Source of the DNA: the human T2T-CHM13v2.0 reference genome, Homo sapiens
Direction: 5' to 3' (one strand)
Length of the DNA: 64,000 nt
NCBI RefSeq assembly: GCF_009914755.1
Contig: NC_060930.1
The translations under genes were made by a program, and so were the position numbers. The notes below the pieces were generated by a model. It did no database searches. It saw only the letters and a program-made list of their open reading frames with translations, and was not told the DNA's origin. This document shows positions 39,616 to 52,342 of the stretch, piece by piece (positions within the stretch are counted from its first letter, which is position 1; the number at the start of each line of letters is the position of its first letter).

Positions 39616-41289
39616 TGACTAGGGAAAGCATCCAATCTCCAAAAATGTACTAGAAGAGAGATAGGAAGAAAAATTCATTGACTAGTAAATGTTCCATATT
39701 TCAAGTCTGTTACATAAAAATTAAGTACTTAAAAATTCAGTGATGTTTCAAATTAAATTAGACTAAGTCCCAATATAGAAACATGTAAAATATATACACA
39801 AGTCTTTGAGACTATTTGGATATACCTGGATATATTTTCCTTGTGGCAGAATGTGGGTCATGAAAAATAATAATCTTTCGTTTTCGAAGTAGAAATATAC
39901 TAATGCATAAATGTATTGCTTATAATGTATCAGTCTGCAAGGTATTATTTTTCTCATAATAGGAAATGGCAGACGTAGGTAACTATATTCTTCTGGTGTA
40001 AAATGGAACAGAACAATCTTTTGCAATTACAATGCATAGACTATACCGGCCCTAGTGCAGGAAGCATAACAATTTGCATATTTTAATTTGGAGGTTAGGG
40101 ACCCCTGTCAAAGTAACAGCTTGGACCAGGTCAGCAAGGAGAAATCGAGAAGAGAGAAATAATTGAAAAGGCAGTTCCCAACAAAATGAAATTTGTCTCG
40201 TTGTCACTTAAGGTTGTCTTCTTGTCTTTTTGAGAGAGCAAGGTCAGCTTAAGAATGAAGGGAGAGTAGAGCATGGTAGATCACTAAGGACCAAAGGATA
40301 ATTTTTTAAATAACAGTGGCAATTGCAATATATATTTATGAAGGGAAGAAGAAAAGAATGCACATCGCTTTCCAGTTAAGAGTCAGCATGTGTCCTTTGA
40401 GTAGAAATATTGCAGATGTGTACATGGCAGCTCTGAAGTTTGTCCTCAAAGACAAGCAGGTTACAAAGGAGATGAAGTACTTAATGAAATAATTTAGTGT
40501 GACATATTGATATTGAAGGCTGGAAGGCAGAAAAGGATTTGCAACAAAATTAAGGTATGTCTTTCTTGAAACAGTTCCCTGTTCCTTTCTCCGAGGGCTG
40601 ATATGAGATTTTCACAAGAAAACAAGCTCGTTTTATTTCTCTCTTCAAGTTTATGCCAAAACATAGATGCCAATGTGAAGCTCAACATCTGCACCACATG
40701 AAAATCTCATTGGAATATAGTCCAGAGAAAAGTCAAGTTATGAAATGTTTCTTCGGTTATGTATTGGAGGGGTTTTAATCTCTCCAGTGTCATGTGTTTT
40801 CAGTTAGAATGTACATTAGTAAAAAAAAACTTAGAGCACTAGCAGTGAAGGGAATTAGGCCTGGGAAATGTTAGTTTTAGATAGAGGGAGTGGAGGTGGC
40901 TAGTGCTGTTATCAGGGCATAAAAACAGCAGCCAAACTTCTATCCTGAGTAAGGATAAACAAGGTCACAAGTTTCTGAGTATACTATAGAGTCATTGCTT
41001 GAGAAAATGAAGAAACGAATTTCATGTTCATGATATAGTGTCAACATTTACATAAAAAGGAAAGAAAAACACCCGCAAAAAAAGCTATATTCTGTGATTG
41101 CCAAGTTATTTTCTGCCCTCAAACATCTGAAGGAAACCCATTCCACAGTAATGATGGCTGACTATGTCAGTGACTCTCAACTGGCAGTAAGTAGAGAATA
41201 AAAGTTTGCAGGAAGGCAGGTAGGAAGGATGAAATGTAAGAGTTCCCCTTTCCCTCCTATGTATAGAATCAAGAGTACAGCATAAATCA

Positions 41290-41495
41290 CCAGGTGAAGA
41301 ATCAAAATACCAGGCTTAGAGTACTAACTCTCTAGCTGTGCAACCTTGGACAAATCAATTAGTATTAATAACTCCAATTTTCAGTTTTCTCATGTTGAAA
41401 CAATACATTGCTCTGCACAGTTTTTGTGAAACTACATACATGAATGTGCTGTTTTAGACTGTAAAGTGTGCTGAAAATTTAAGTTTTTCTTATTA
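41290..41495 (+). mobile_element. MIR fragment
   Basis: ctagctgtgcaaccttggacaaatca...tcagttttctcat...tttttgtga...actgtaaagtg. Confidence 0.55.
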
Positions 41496-42404
41496 ATTGG
41501 CAGAGATGAATGTTCCTACTTGGTCTCGAGATTCTTGCAAACCCATTTGTTTAGTCATTTTCCCTAGAGCTGAGTCTCAAACACCTATGTGCTTTGTCTC
41601 TGGTCCCAATCAGATAAACAATGTTATGACCTGCTTCTACACACTTGCCTGCCCAGGGCATCCCTCCAGGAGGAATGGACTTGTCCTCACAGATGCATGT
41701 TTAATATGAAGAACAACTGTTACTCCAAAAACAGTCCTGAAATTTCTGTCACCTAGTGACTCCTAAATTTACTGTGATTTTTCCCTTTTGAAAAATAATA
41801 AGAAAATGTGTCAAACAACATATCTAATCCTGAGGTAATGTGAAACTCATATAGCTCCTGGTGAGAAGCTGCAAAGTGGCAATTCTGAAGAGAAAGTTTA
41901 TAGAATATGCTTGGCAATCTTGAGAATTTTCATTAAAAAAAAGACCATACAACACTTGCTATGAAAAGATATTACATTTTCTCCAGAGAAGTAACACTTC
42001 CTCCTTTGTTCTGGAGGTTCTCCAAAGATTTCAAAGCCATTTTGCAGGTTGTGTTACCTAAAGTTATTAAAACTCACAAAATATCCATGAAGTAATAAAA
42101 TGGAAACTATTCGTATGCCAATCAAACAGATACTGAAACAACGGTCCTAAGGAAATATGACCTGTCTAAAGCCTCCTAACAAAAAACTGATGGGTCCAGA
42201 AATAGAATCTAGGCAGCTGACTCTAGACATTCCAAAACACTTCCTCTCTTCAGAATTATTATTGTTAATTCCCTCTACACATAAACAACCTCCAGCTCCC
42301 GGAGGATGGATGAGATCATGCTAACAAGTCATCCATTCTTTCCATAAGAAACACAGCAGTCATAGCCAATGAGCTAATTCATAGAATGTCCATGTGCCAT
42401 AGTG

Positions 42405-42405
<1 letters not shown>

Positions 42406-42435
<30 letters not shown>
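42406..42435. repeat. (AC)15 microsatellite
   Basis: Direct reading. Confidence 0.95.
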
Positions 42436-42437
<2 letters not shown>

Positions 42438-44044
42438 CACACTCCCATTCTAGATGCAGATTGTTTTTGTTTTCTTCAGCTAAGCTGTAGTTGAGATTTT
42501 AATTTCAAGCTTTAGCCCATGATTTTTTGCCTGAATTTCACACTATATGCTTTTCTATTTCTACTTGTTCTTTCCTTCCTGTACCAAATAATAAAGAACT
42601 AGACCATAGTAAAATGGATTTTTGACAGATTTTATAATTTAGCTATTGTCACTTCCACAAAGGCCATTCATTAAACTAACATGTATTATGGACATGAAAT
42701 AGAATTTGAAAAGCTGAAAGTCATTCAACCCTGACCATAAAAAATACTTCCATAATTTAAACTTACCATATCAGAATTAAACTTGATTTGAAGATGTTAA
42801 AAAATGAATATATTTGAGAAAGAAATCCTTGCAAATAGCATCTCAATATAATGTTGGCAATTTGCACAATTTATGTATATTTTCTCCTGCCAAGATACTT
42901 CTAAGAAAAGACAACGGTAAAGACAATGGTAGTAGGAAAGAGGAATTGGGTCTCCAAAGACCATCTGCAGTTATCGGCAAAAGATACTTTGTCTATGTGT
43001 GCAGTTTTAAAAAGACTGGTAGCCTATACTGGATTTTAGGTCAGAATGGAGCATGTGGTGTTGAGGGGGAAAGCATTACCAGCTTCGTCTTCTTTAAATA
43101 TGAAAGAGGATATTCTGGCTACATTGTTGGTGATCAGCAGTGTCTGACTCAGCCTCTGCAATTTTTCCATTATAATGCTCATGAAAATAGGGAAAGAGAT
43201 ACAGTTTCAACAGTGGAAACTAGAAATGTGGGTCAAAAATGTGTCAGGAAAAAGTTGGAGAGTCAACTAAGGAAAACTTAGCCTGGAGGCAGAGTGAGAA
43301 AGGCACATGGGTTAATGAGGTAGGGGATTTCCATCTACGCATACTCATGGAGGCACAAACCCACCTTTCTGCTTTGTAAAAGCCCACCTCTATTTAATCC
43401 AAATACACTGTTTCACCCCTTGGCCCTGCTTCAATCTCTAATGCATCTCTCCACCCCAATATTCCTCAGTAATGAAATGCTAATGAGGTCAAAATGGATG
43501 TGAGTAATATTTTAGATTTTCTTCACTATTTGGGATTTTTCTGCAATGCAAGAAATACAGAGAACTTCAGACTAGACAGAATAAGATTCTTCCCTTATGT
43601 CTAGACAAGGTAATCTAGTCATAACACCATGAGATTGTTTCTCAGACCAACAGATACTAAATTAAAGACAACACGGTACCAGAAAGTTGACCGGTGTGAA
43701 CAGTGATACCTCCTATATCTTAAGATTTGAAAGGATGATTCTAATTAGATTCAGATAAAACTGAATAATACTAAAACAGAATAATCCATTTGTTTCAAGG
43801 ATGAGGCAATCTCTTTTCAAAACAAGTAAGTACTGTATGAAGTGATTGTATAACACAAAACACAGACACTAGCACTAGAGAAGGAGAAGGATATTTTTTG
43901 AAATCATTTATAATTTTAAAAGCTGATAAATTATTGTATTTATTGTATTTGTTTTTTGCTGTAAAAAATGTAAGGAAACAAGGCTTCTACACAATAAGCC
44001 AATAATGGTAAATTTGTTAAAATTACAGACTGACATTTGAATTG

Positions 44045-44255
44045 GAAGGACAGAAAGTAGCATGATGGTTTCTAGAGGCTGAGAAAAGGAAGGAGGAGAG
44101 AATTGTTTAATGAGTACAGAGTTTCAAGTTTGCAAAATGAAAAGAGTTTTGGGGATTGGTTACACAGCAATTTGTATTTAACACTACTGAACTGTCACTT
44201 AAAATAGTTAAGATGGTAAATTTCATATTATATAAATTTTATAATTAAAAATTTT
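44045..44255 (+). mobile_element. L1MA/MB-type 3' terminus
   Basis: acagaaagtag...ttgtttaatgagtacagagtttca..ttgcaaaatgaaaagagtt...aacactactgaactgt.cacttaaaatagttaagatggtaaattt. Confidence 0.85.
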
Positions 44256-44341
44256 TAGAAAGAAAGATAATAACTAATATAGACAACAAAAATAACTTGA
44301 ATGAGAAGCAAGCTAACTATGTCAGAGAAAAAGAAAGGTCT

Positions 44342-44605
44342 CTATGTAGCTTAGTGGATAAGAGCATAGGATTTGGATTAAAAAATGTCTTATTACATAC
44401 TATAGTTCCACTATTTTCCAACTCTTTTATTTTGGAAAAGTTCCTTAATCTGTGAAAGCCTTATTATCTTCACTTTAGAAGGCACAATAATAGCACATTC
44501 TTCATAGGATTTCTGGTAAACATTCATTGAGATAATGCATTCAAAGTGATTGAATGGCGTTTGACATATAGTTAAGTACTCAATAAATATTAATTATTGT
44601 TAAGT
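44342..44605 (+). mobile_element. MIR, near full length
   Basis: gtagcttagtggataagagcataggatttgga...cttcataggatt...gagataatgcatt.aaagtg...gacatatagttaagtactcaataaatatta. Confidence 0.8.
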
Positions 44606-45174
44606 TATTCAAAACCCAAAATGTAATCACATAATTAAAATCAATATTATAAATAATAAAGAGCTATATCAACATTACAAAGAATGAGCTATTAATAATG
44701 AATAAAAACTTGAGTGATTCTCATAGAACATAGAAGAAATAAATAAGAAAATGAAAACAATTTGAGAAAAGATAATAGATATGGAGGGCAGAGAAAAATC
44801 TTCAACATATCTTAACTGGTGGCTTAATAAGGAATTTAAAATCATAAACAAGTTATAATAGAAGCCAAAGTTTCTATACGAAATACTTTGGTTTTAAATA
44901 AATGAAAAGAAAAACCTGTCAAATAAATGGAGAAAAACAGTTAGACACAGGTTTGTAAAATTTTGTTTACTTTTTCATGTATTTTTAGTTTCAACTTTTA
45001 AAGAAAGTTCTTTAATTCCATCTAAGCAAAGCATTAACAATAATTTTTAAAAGTCACAACACCAAACCAAACAACAAAAGCCAGAATTGTTCCACATTTT
45101 TTTTTAATTTACAAAATTCTATAACCCTATTGAACAACATCAGGCCCCACAATCTCAATTGCCATCCCAAGTCA

Positions 45175-45475
45175 GATAGGTAATACAAAATAATGAAGTA
45201 GGGCAAGTAAGTACTATGGCAAATTGGAGACTGCACGTCCAGCTTAAGGGCAGAAGTTGCGACTCAATTCTAATTCTGAATTGCTATGTGAGAATGCTCC
45301 AGTGTTGCCAACTGCTCTACCTGGTGAGCAAAGCCTACAAGTAGGGATTTTTATGTGAAATCTTCAGATTTGTTTAAAGTCATCAACCAATTCACATTTT
45401 CAGTTAGTGCTCTGCAGGCCAAGCAAAACAGATCAACACACAATATGGTCTGTAAGCAATACTTTGTCAATAGTT
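45175..45475. mobile_element. MER102-like hAT-Charlie
   Basis: ccagtgttgcca...ggatttttatgtgaaatct...caaccaattca...gcaggccaagcaaaacagatc. Confidence 0.65.
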
Positions 45476-46204
45476 TATAAAGAACAAGGCTGTAACCTAA
45501 ATAAAAGAGCTCCATTTCTACTCAAGTTTTTGTTCATGTGTAAAAGAAAAATATGTTTCCATATATTTAAACTGAGTATACATTTTATATATCCATCCTT
45601 CATTAAAAATAAAAACCACAAATGTATATTATAGCTGACAAATCAATGAAACAATAAACAATTCAAAATGAAGAAGCAGTAAGATAAAGTTGCTGGTGAA
45701 AAACATGGTTAATAATGATAAAAATTATAAAATATAGAAGGAAGTCAAAATAATTCTTGTAAATTATATATGTTAAACATGTATACATTAAGGAAAACAA
45801 ATGAATATGAATTTATATGGAAAATCAATTTATATAACGTTTTAAATTGGAGAAACTTAAAGCATTTTTATTTTAAAATTGACCAATAGTCAAATTAGCT
45901 CAGAATGTGTAATATCCAATTCAACTTCCAAATTTCTCATAAAAGGAGACATTATCCTTAATGGGAAAGACAGTAATAAAGCAAAAGACATAAAAAATGG
46001 AAAACCAGAAAACATAAGCAATGCTAAAATGCAGTCTCAAATAGATCAATAATATCAAATTACATATGAAGGATACATATCAAAAGTCCAAAAACATTTT
46101 AAAAGTAAAATTTGAGATGAAGTTATATTAGAAAAGCAGAAATGATATAGTGGCAGTTGTTTCCTCTGCCTAATCTAGGAGTAAAGTTAATGCTCCTTAA
46201 GAAA

Positions 46205-46397
46205 AGTCTGAAAACTATAGTTGTGAGCCAAATACTGCCCATTTCCTGTTTTGTAAATAAAGTTTTATTGGACAATACATCATTTATTGATGTATTGTCT
46301 ATGGTAGAGTTGAGTATTTGTAACAGAGAGCATATGGCTCATGGTACTGAAAATATTTACTTTCCGGCCCTTTATATAGAAAATTTGCTGATCCCCA
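46205..46397. mobile_element. MER58A
   Basis: gccaaat...cctgttttgtaaataaagttttattgga...tattgtctatgg...aaaatatttactttccggccctttat...tttgctgatcccc. Confidence 0.85.
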
Positions 46398-46449
46398 ACT
46401 TTATAATATGCATAATGTCATTATTCTGTGGCTTATTGCTCTCCTTGTG

Positions 46450-46483
46450 TACAGAGGCATAGCATTACAGAGGCATAGCATTA
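46450..46483. repeat. Perfect 16-bp tandem duplication TACAGAGGCATAGCAT x2
   Basis: 46450-46465 is identical to 46466-46481. Confidence 0.95.
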
Positions 46484-48096
46484 GAGATATAAATCCCCCA
46501 ATTTAATAGATCTGAAATTAATGCATTACTATCCCTTAATAAATAATTATGCCACAATCAAATTGTTTCCAATACAACCTATATTAAATTGATTTTTTAA
46601 AATTATTCTACAACTAGGAATTATTTGCACTGGAAGTTGAACATGTCAGCAAAGGTCATAATTTTTATGTCTCTCATTTGTCATAGTGAAATATTACAAA
46701 TTATATAAACATTGTAATGCCTGCAATTTTTTGTTTACATTGCTTAGTTTCATAATAATTTTGAATTTTAAAATTTATTTCATTCGATTTTTACAGCCTC
46801 CTCCATCTCTTCTCTTTGTAAAGAATAATTCTAGTGTATGTATTATGCATTGATGTTACACAAAGTTCAATAACATTGCACAAAGTAGAAAAATAGTACA
46901 CAAAGTCCAGGAATAAAAAGTCATCTTAAAATGATAAAGGATCAATTCATCAAAAAGACATAATGACCCTAAACATTTATTTACCAAATATTTATGTGAT
47001 ATTAATAGAGCCACCCTTAGATTAATGTTAGCATGGCACATCCTTTCCCATCCTTTTACTTCTAACTTGTCTATTTCTCTATATTTATATAATGGGTTTC
47101 TTCTAGGGAGCATATCTTGCTTTAAAAAAAACATAATCATACGCTCTTTGCCTTTTAACTGGGAATTAGTCCATTTATATTTGGTGTGATTATTGACATG
47201 GTTGGTATAAATCTATTATTGTGCCATTTATTTTTCATTAATCTCTTTTTTGTTCCTTTTTTATCTTTTCTGCCTTCTTTTGGATTATTTGTTTATGATT
47301 CCATACTATTTCTTTTGTTGGACAATTAGTAATAACTGATCATTGTGTTATTTTAGTGTCTATTTTAGTGTTTAAAGTACACATCTTTAACTTATCACAG
47401 GCTATCTTCAAGTGATATTATATAAATTAATGTGTACTATAAGAAACTTAAAAATTATATTTCCATTTCTTCCTTCCCAGCCTTTATGCAATGTAATCAT
47501 ATATTTTGCTTTGATATCTGTTATAACTCATAGTATACATTGTTACTGAGTTTTTTTTGAGTAGATAATCTTTGAAGAAGATTTAAATAATTTTTAAAGA
47601 AAGCTTTGTATGTGCTACATAGTTATCATTCCTAAAGTTCTTCATTGCTTTCATATATTTATGTTTGAAAATCCTTCATTTAATCCTTGTTTTCTAGAGA
47701 TATTTTCAGTAGGTAAATAATTTTAGCTCATTACTTGGTTTTTTTTTTTAGTGTAGTTTGCATTATTTCCAATGAGAATTCTGCTGAGATACTTAACTTT
47801 TTAAAAATATGTATGTACATCTCCACACCCCTGCCAACTGCCCCCAGCTGATGTTATAATTTTTTTTTTCTTTATCATCGACTTTAAGTAATTTGAATGA
47901 GATGTGACTTGCTAAAATTTCGGTGTTTGCTTTTTCCTGGCACTTGCTCTTGAGATTTGTTGAGTTTCTTGAATCAGGAGATCTGTGGTTTTCAGCACAT
48001 TTGAAAAAACTGTGCCCATTATTTCTTCAAATATTCTGTGTATACCCTGATTTCTTGTGTTTCAGGAACTCCAATCATATAAATATATATAGAACT

Positions 48097-48982
48097 TTAT
48101 ATATATATTATATATATATTATATATTTTATATATATTTTATATATATATTTTATATATACATTATATATAATATATATAATATATATTTTATATATACA
48201 TTATATATAATATATATTATATATATTATATATAATATATATATTTTACATATATTTTATATATATTTCATATATATATTTTATATAATATATATAATAT
48301 ATATTTCATATATATTTTATATATGATATATATTATATATATTTCATATATATATTTTATATATGATATATATTATATATATTTCATATATATATTTTAT
48401 ATATGATATATATTATATATATTTCATATATATATTTTATATATGATATATATTATATATATTTCATATATATATTTTATATATGATATATATTATATAT
48501 ATTTCATATATATATTTTATATATGATATATATTATATATATTTCATATATATATTTTATATATGATATATATTATATATATTTCATATATATTTTATAT
48601 ATGATATATATTATATATATCATATATATATTTTATATATGATATATATTATATATATCATATATATATTTTATATATGATATATATTATATATATTTCA
48701 TATATATATTTTATATATGATATATATTATATATATTTCATATATATATTTTATATATGATATATATTATATATATTTCATATATATATGATATATATTA
48801 TATATATTTCATATATATAATATATATGATATATATTATATATATTTCATATATATAATATATATGATATATATTATATATATTATATATATATTATATA
48901 TAATATATATATATTTTATATATATTTTTTATATATATTATATATATATTTTATATATATATAATATATATATATATATATA
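48097..48982. repeat. AT-rich minisatellite/VNTR with 40-bp core unit ATTTCATATATATATTTTATATATGATATATATTATATAT
   Basis: Six identical units at 48341-48580, variant 38-40-bp units on either side, degenerate (AT)n flanks. Confidence 0.95.
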
Positions 48983-49240
48983 CTTGTTCCAGAACTCACT
49001 GATGCTCTGTTCAATTTTTAAAAGGCTTTATCTTTTTTTTCATTTCAGATGGTTTCTATTGATATGTCTTTTTCCTCAATGTTTAATCAGCCATGAATCT
49101 CAATCAGTGAATTTTTTAATCTCAGATATTATAGGTTTTATTGGTACAAGTGCAATGTAGGTCTTTTTATATCTTGTGTTTCTACTTAACAAGTTTTAGT
49201 TTTCCTCTGGATATTTGAATATATAGAATACAGATAGGAT

Positions 49241-49624
49241 ATTAAGGTTGGTGCAAAAGTAATTATGGTTTTTGGCATTACTTTCTTTTTTTTTTGAGAT
49301 GGAGTCTAGCTCTGTCACCCAGGCTGGAGTGCAATGGCGCGATCTCAGCTCACTACAACCTCCGCCTCCTGGGTTCAAGGAATTCTCCTCTCAGCCTCCC
49401 GAGTAGCTGGGATTACAGGCGCCTGCCACTACACCCAGCTAATTTTTGTATTTTTAGTAGAGACAGAGTTTCACTGTGTTGGCCAGGCTGGTCTCGAACT
49501 CCTGACCTTGTGATCTGCCTGCCCCGGCCTCCCAAAATGCTGGGATTACAAGCATGAGCCACCCTGCCTGGCTGCCATTACTTTCAATGGCAAAAAAAAC
49601 TGCAATTACTTTTGCACCAACCCA
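49241..49624. mobile_element. MADE1 (Hsmar1-derived MITE) split by an Alu
   Basis: aggttggtgcaaaagtaattatggtttttggcattactttc ... gccattactttcaatggcaaaaaaaactgcaattacttttgcaccaacc. Confidence 0.95.
49286..49573 (-). mobile_element. AluS (Sg-like)
   Basis: Antisense dimer with cctgaccttgtgatc; TSD g(g/c)cattactttc at 49274-49285 and 49574-49585. Confidence 0.95.
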
Positions 49625-49737
49625 GCTGTTTTAATATCCCTGCCTGTTATCATTTGTGTTATTCTGGCTCTCTTCAAATATTAGTTTTGCTCATTTCATT
49701 TCCTCTTTCTTTCCTCCTAAGACTCAGTTGTATATAT

Positions 49738-49845
49738 TAGGAGTTGCTAAACTTTTTCTGTAAAATGCAAGATAGTAACTACTTTAGTAAGTACTCAGCT
49801 CTGCCAGTGTAGTGGCATAGAAAGCAGCCATAGACAATATCTATG
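49738..49845. mobile_element. MER58A fragment
   Basis: aaactttttctgtaaa...agatagtaa...tactcagctctgcc...gaaagcagccatagacaata. Confidence 0.75.
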
Positions 49846-49879
49846 TGAGACGTGAATTATGATAAATATACCTTCTTGT

Positions 49880-51070
49880 CCTAATGTTTCTTTTACCAGC
49901 AGATAAGATTCTTCCTGGCATTAAATTATATTTTTCATATAATAAGATTACTATGTCACTTCTCTTTTGCTTTATATTTGCCTGATACATCTTACGTTTA
50001 TTTTAGACAACTTACTGTTGAATTAAAAAAAATGCAGCATTAGAGTCTCCACCGTTTAACTCATATGTTTAATCAACTTTTATAGTTAACAACGGTGATA
50101 CTGGAAAGTATTTTTCACGTAAACTTCACATTTTGTTTTTCCTTTTTCTCCACCTGTGCTTTCTATTTAAGAGTGAGTGATTTGTTCTGCTGCTGAAAAT
50201 TTACTGATGGCATTTTTTTCTCATTATGGCAGGTGTCTTTCTCCAAAGACCCATAATCATGATTATTTTCTTGTAATCAATTCTTAAACTTATATATATA
50301 AACATACACACACACACATATGTGTATGCATTTAAGAATTTTATATATATTTCTGCTAACAACATAAGTAATATAATTTTCCCAAGAGGACATTTTTCTT
50401 GATGAGACAAATAACTTAATTCACTCTCATTCCTCATGTTCCCTACCTTATCAAATTGAATCATGTTGAATTTTAGTTCTGGCTATTGTAAATATACTTC
50501 TCCATTTGGTCTAATTTTTTTCCCCTTTCCTTCTCTTTCCCTCCACCCACCTCATTCTCAGTCTTTGCCAAATTAAGATCAAATATGTTGCTACATATTT
50601 GATCATTTCACTTATCATACCTCTTCCATCATTTCCTGGCATTGTTCTTTTCTAAATTGATTTCTTCTAAAATCATATTCAACTGGGGTATTTGTTCCTT
50701 TCTTTGCTTTCTATTTAGCAGTATTCAAATTTTTCTGTCTTTGATAATTTTAAGTTTAATTATAGTCTAAGTGTGAGTTTTTTATTATCAATACTATTTG
50801 ACATTCGATGATCTTTCTAAATCCAAGATCTTTAATCCTTCTTTAATTATGAGAAATATACATACATTTTTATGTATAATATTCCCATGTGGAACTTTAT
50901 AATTCATTGTTTTACTTTCATATGGTTAAACTTTCTAATATCTTCATAACTATATTTATTATTCTATTTATAATTCTTAATCTGTCAGTTCTAGTATTTA
51001 TACTTAAGATAGTGTGTGTTGTCCAGTTGGTGCATTTTCTTTTGGTAATTATAGCCCTTTGCATCTAGTT
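49880..51070 (-). mobile_element. Highly decayed L1ME fragments
   Basis: T-rich antisense L1M character (tataataagattact...tttatatttgcctgatacatctt; aactggggtatttg; tatagtctaagtgtgagtttt). Confidence 0.45.
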
Positions 51071-51807
51071 ATTTTGGTGAGTGAGTTCTCCCCTGGCATA
51101 TCAGCTACTCTGTTTCAGCAGGATCTCTGAATAGAAAAGATGTCTGCATTTCTGAAAATGTGTTTTGGGTAAGGGCCAAAAGCCAGGCTGCAATTTATAT
51201 GAATTTTGGTGAGGTTAAAAATAGAGACAAGGATAAGCCCCTAGGCAGAAAGTCAGAGAGTCCCAGGCACTGCAGAACCTCTGTGGATTCCAGGCTGTAA
51301 CAGTCAGTCCTCCAAGAGTTTCATCTGGTCAGTAATTCATGTCTCATCTTTAATGGTAATACAGCAATGGGGGTGGTGGTGGGGGAGGGCAGTTTCCTTA
51401 GATTATTATTTATCAGTGAATGGGTATTTGGAGGGAAAGGAAGAGGAAGGGTCAATGCCCAAGGGCAGCTGGTCAGTCTTCTCTTATTTTTAAAGATTTG
51501 TCACCCAAAAAGGGCCTTCCTGCTACCCAAATATTACTTCAGAGACACCACACAAGTGATCTAAGCTGCTGTAGCAGATTTTTGGGTAGGGAAGGAGATA
51601 ATTTTCCTAAGACAATGTAGGGGAAATGCGAGTGCAAAATTGAAAGGCTCTTCTCTGCTTTATCTTGTCAAGGCCATCTGTGGAGCACTTCCATAGGAAA
51701 ATGCAAATTCCTATCCTTTCCACACCCAGCAATTACAATTTTCAATCTTCTCAAGGTCTTCTGTTCGTTGCTTTGGTTAGTTTCTCAGAGATGTTTTCCA
51801 GTAATGA

Positions 51808-52342
<535 letters not shown>

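Larger units (their letters stand above)
44660..46990 (+). mobile_element. Highly decayed L1M(E) sense fragments (ORF1 to ORF2 endonuclease) with nested DNA elements
   Basis: gaaaagataatagatatggagggcag (ORF1-like); 46905-46990 atgataaaggatcaattcatcaaaaagacataatgaccctaaac matches the endonuclease segment MIKGSIHQEDITILN. Confidence 0.55.
46991..49730 (-). mobile_element. Old L1 (L1M/L1MC-type) covering ORF1, the inter-ORF region and the start of ORF2; hosts the AT minisatellite and MADE1/Alu
   Basis: ORF 46856-47140(-) encodes ...DKLEVKGWERMCHANINLRVALLISHK, a decayed L1 endonuclease (RLKVKGWKKIYHAN...VAILISDK). At ~48000-48035 the minus strand encodes IFEEIM (ORF1). Confidence 0.85.

Noticed and set aside
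42814-43281. Longest ORF in the track (155 aa)
   Set aside because: TTG start, no recognisable domain, no supporting splice or promoter structure; compatible with a chance ORF.
46856-47140. L1 endonuclease-like ORF (and the ORF1-like ORF 55128-55406) as functional genes
   Set aside because: Short, degenerate fragments of dead L1 elements.
48097-48982. CRISPR-like array, or the Y/I-rich ORFs (47923-48210, 48864-49160)
   Set aside because: The units are head-to-tail with no unique spacers, there are no cas genes, and the context is primate DNA. The ORFs are translations of (AT)n.
46205-49845. Large inverted duplication suggested by mirror-image MER58A and L1ME pieces
   Set aside because: The two MER58A copies have different internal deletions and substitutions, so they are independent insertions.
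51369-51390. Possible G-quadruplex
   Set aside because: Only three runs of three or more G; weak candidate.
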